From Dehalococcoidia bacterium (GTDB lineage: Bacteria > Chloroflexota > Dehalococcoidia > Lucifugimonadales > UBA3495), in contig JASLXV010000035.1 of assembly GCA_030740155.1 (NCBI GenBank), forward strand, positions 1 to 37,385: a stretch of DNA of 37,385 nt. Reading direction: 5' to 3'. Below, piece by piece: positions 36,643 to 37,385 of the stretch. Below the pieces are notes generated by a model that searched no databases, was not told the DNA's origin, and saw only the letters and a program-made list of their open reading frames with translations. A program made the translations under genes and the position numbers. Positions within the stretch are counted from its first letter, which is position 1; every line of letters begins with the position of its first letter.

Positions 36643-37040
36643 GGCCAGCCCCCCAGGGTCATACCGGTCCCTCGGGTATCAAGAGTGATCTATCTGACAA
36701 CCTGGTGGCCTTAACAATTGATTCGTGGGCATCCACCTACACCGGCACTTCGAGCGTGCGCTGACGCCCCTACCAATACTTTCCACTCACCCTTACGTTC
36801 ACATCGCTCAGGAAGTTTCGAGCCGTTCTTGATGGCCCTTGGTCTTTGGCACAACCTGCCTTGGGGTAACGGGTCGAAATAGTGTCCCTAGACCTACGCT
36901 CTCGCTTCCTATCGTCATCATTGGCCCTGCCTAAACGCCTTCAGAGATCCTCGTGGCAATCCGTGGACGTTCAGCATGGAAAGGCGTAGAGAACCGAGCT
37001 GTAGGGCCCCGCATTCGGGCGGGTATTTAGCTTCAGAACG

Positions 37041-37096
37041 TGGCGGAGAGAGTGGGATTCGAACCCACGATACCCGGAGGTATACCGGTTTTCGAG
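37041..37096 (-). mobile_element. att junction: 3' half of tRNA-Ser(CGA) duplicated by an integrated element
   Basis: CTCGAAA-ACCGG-long variable arm-GTGGGTTCGAATCCCAC-TCTCTCC-GCCA present; no 5' anticodon stem, D arm or GGAGAG acceptor strand upstream. Confidence 0.88.
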
Positions 37097-37213
37097 TTCG
37101 GTAGTTGCCATCTTACCATGTGCCGCCGTATCTGGCGACGTGCTTTTGGGTCCACCCAATCGTGGCCATTTGCGACTGCGATGCCGTCTTGTCCCGGCCA
37201 ATGCCGCCAAGAA

Positions 37214-37237
37214 TGTCGGCAGTTTTGTCGGCAATTT
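37214..37237. repeat. Tandem 12-bp direct repeat, candidate integrase arm-type sites
   Basis: TGTCGGCAGTTT TGTCGGCAATTT about 120 bp inside the att junction; related GGTGGCAATTT near 37333. Confidence 0.6.
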
Positions 37238-37385
37238 GCCGTAGCTGGCTCAGGCATGAACGGGTGAGATATATTGAATCGTTTCCCATAGCTCGGCGAC
37301 CGTTAGGGTTCCCGCCTTTCGGTGCATCATACGGTGGCAATTTGAACATAGAAGGGCAAGGTCTTTCAGCTTCGTGGCCTGGCCG

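Noticed and set aside
37041..37130. Intact or intron-containing tRNA-Ser
   Set aside because: No 5' half within the window, and the break precedes the anticodon loop rather than falling at a known group I intron position.

Overview
High-GC bacterial chromosomal segment. Chloroflexota (Dehalococcoidia/SAR202-like) origin is an inference from the Pro/Thr-linker lipoproteins, PAC2 protein, DUF5666 repeats and the enolase/MaoC/crotonase/Mo-hydroxylase paralogues. From left to right: (1) a ~1.3 kb non-coding stretch with 11-bp tandem repeats, a multi-helix RNA-like fold and a ~100-bp AT-rich palindrome; (2) a xanthine-dehydrogenase-family L-S-M cluster that is not a true CO dehydrogenase, followed by a QueG/reductive-dehalogenase-like Fe-S protein; (3) a lower-GC two-gene islet (2-TM protein and a Zn-finger HEPN-motif protein) ending in an attC-like sequence; (4) NIPSNAP, zinc-ribbon and SDR genes, a frameshifted P-II gene, and a LicD plus cytidylyltransferase pair; (5) a catabolic block of tandem MaoC, Gfo/Idh/MocA, Nudix, EamA, mandelate-racemase-type enolase, crotonase and a divergent transketolase; (6) a decayed SLC13 fragment, two candidate ncRNAs and tRNA-Asp; (7) an intramembrane-type two-component system upstream of surface proteins, PAC2 and a zinc-peptidase lipoprotein; (8) the 3' half of tRNA-Ser(CGA), marking the att junction of an integrated element that runs off the right edge. 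Intergenic DNA carries several REP families and two REP-carrying MITEs. All family calls come from motif recognition, not database searches. The ORF track labels 34678..36642 as +, but its translation reads from the - strand.
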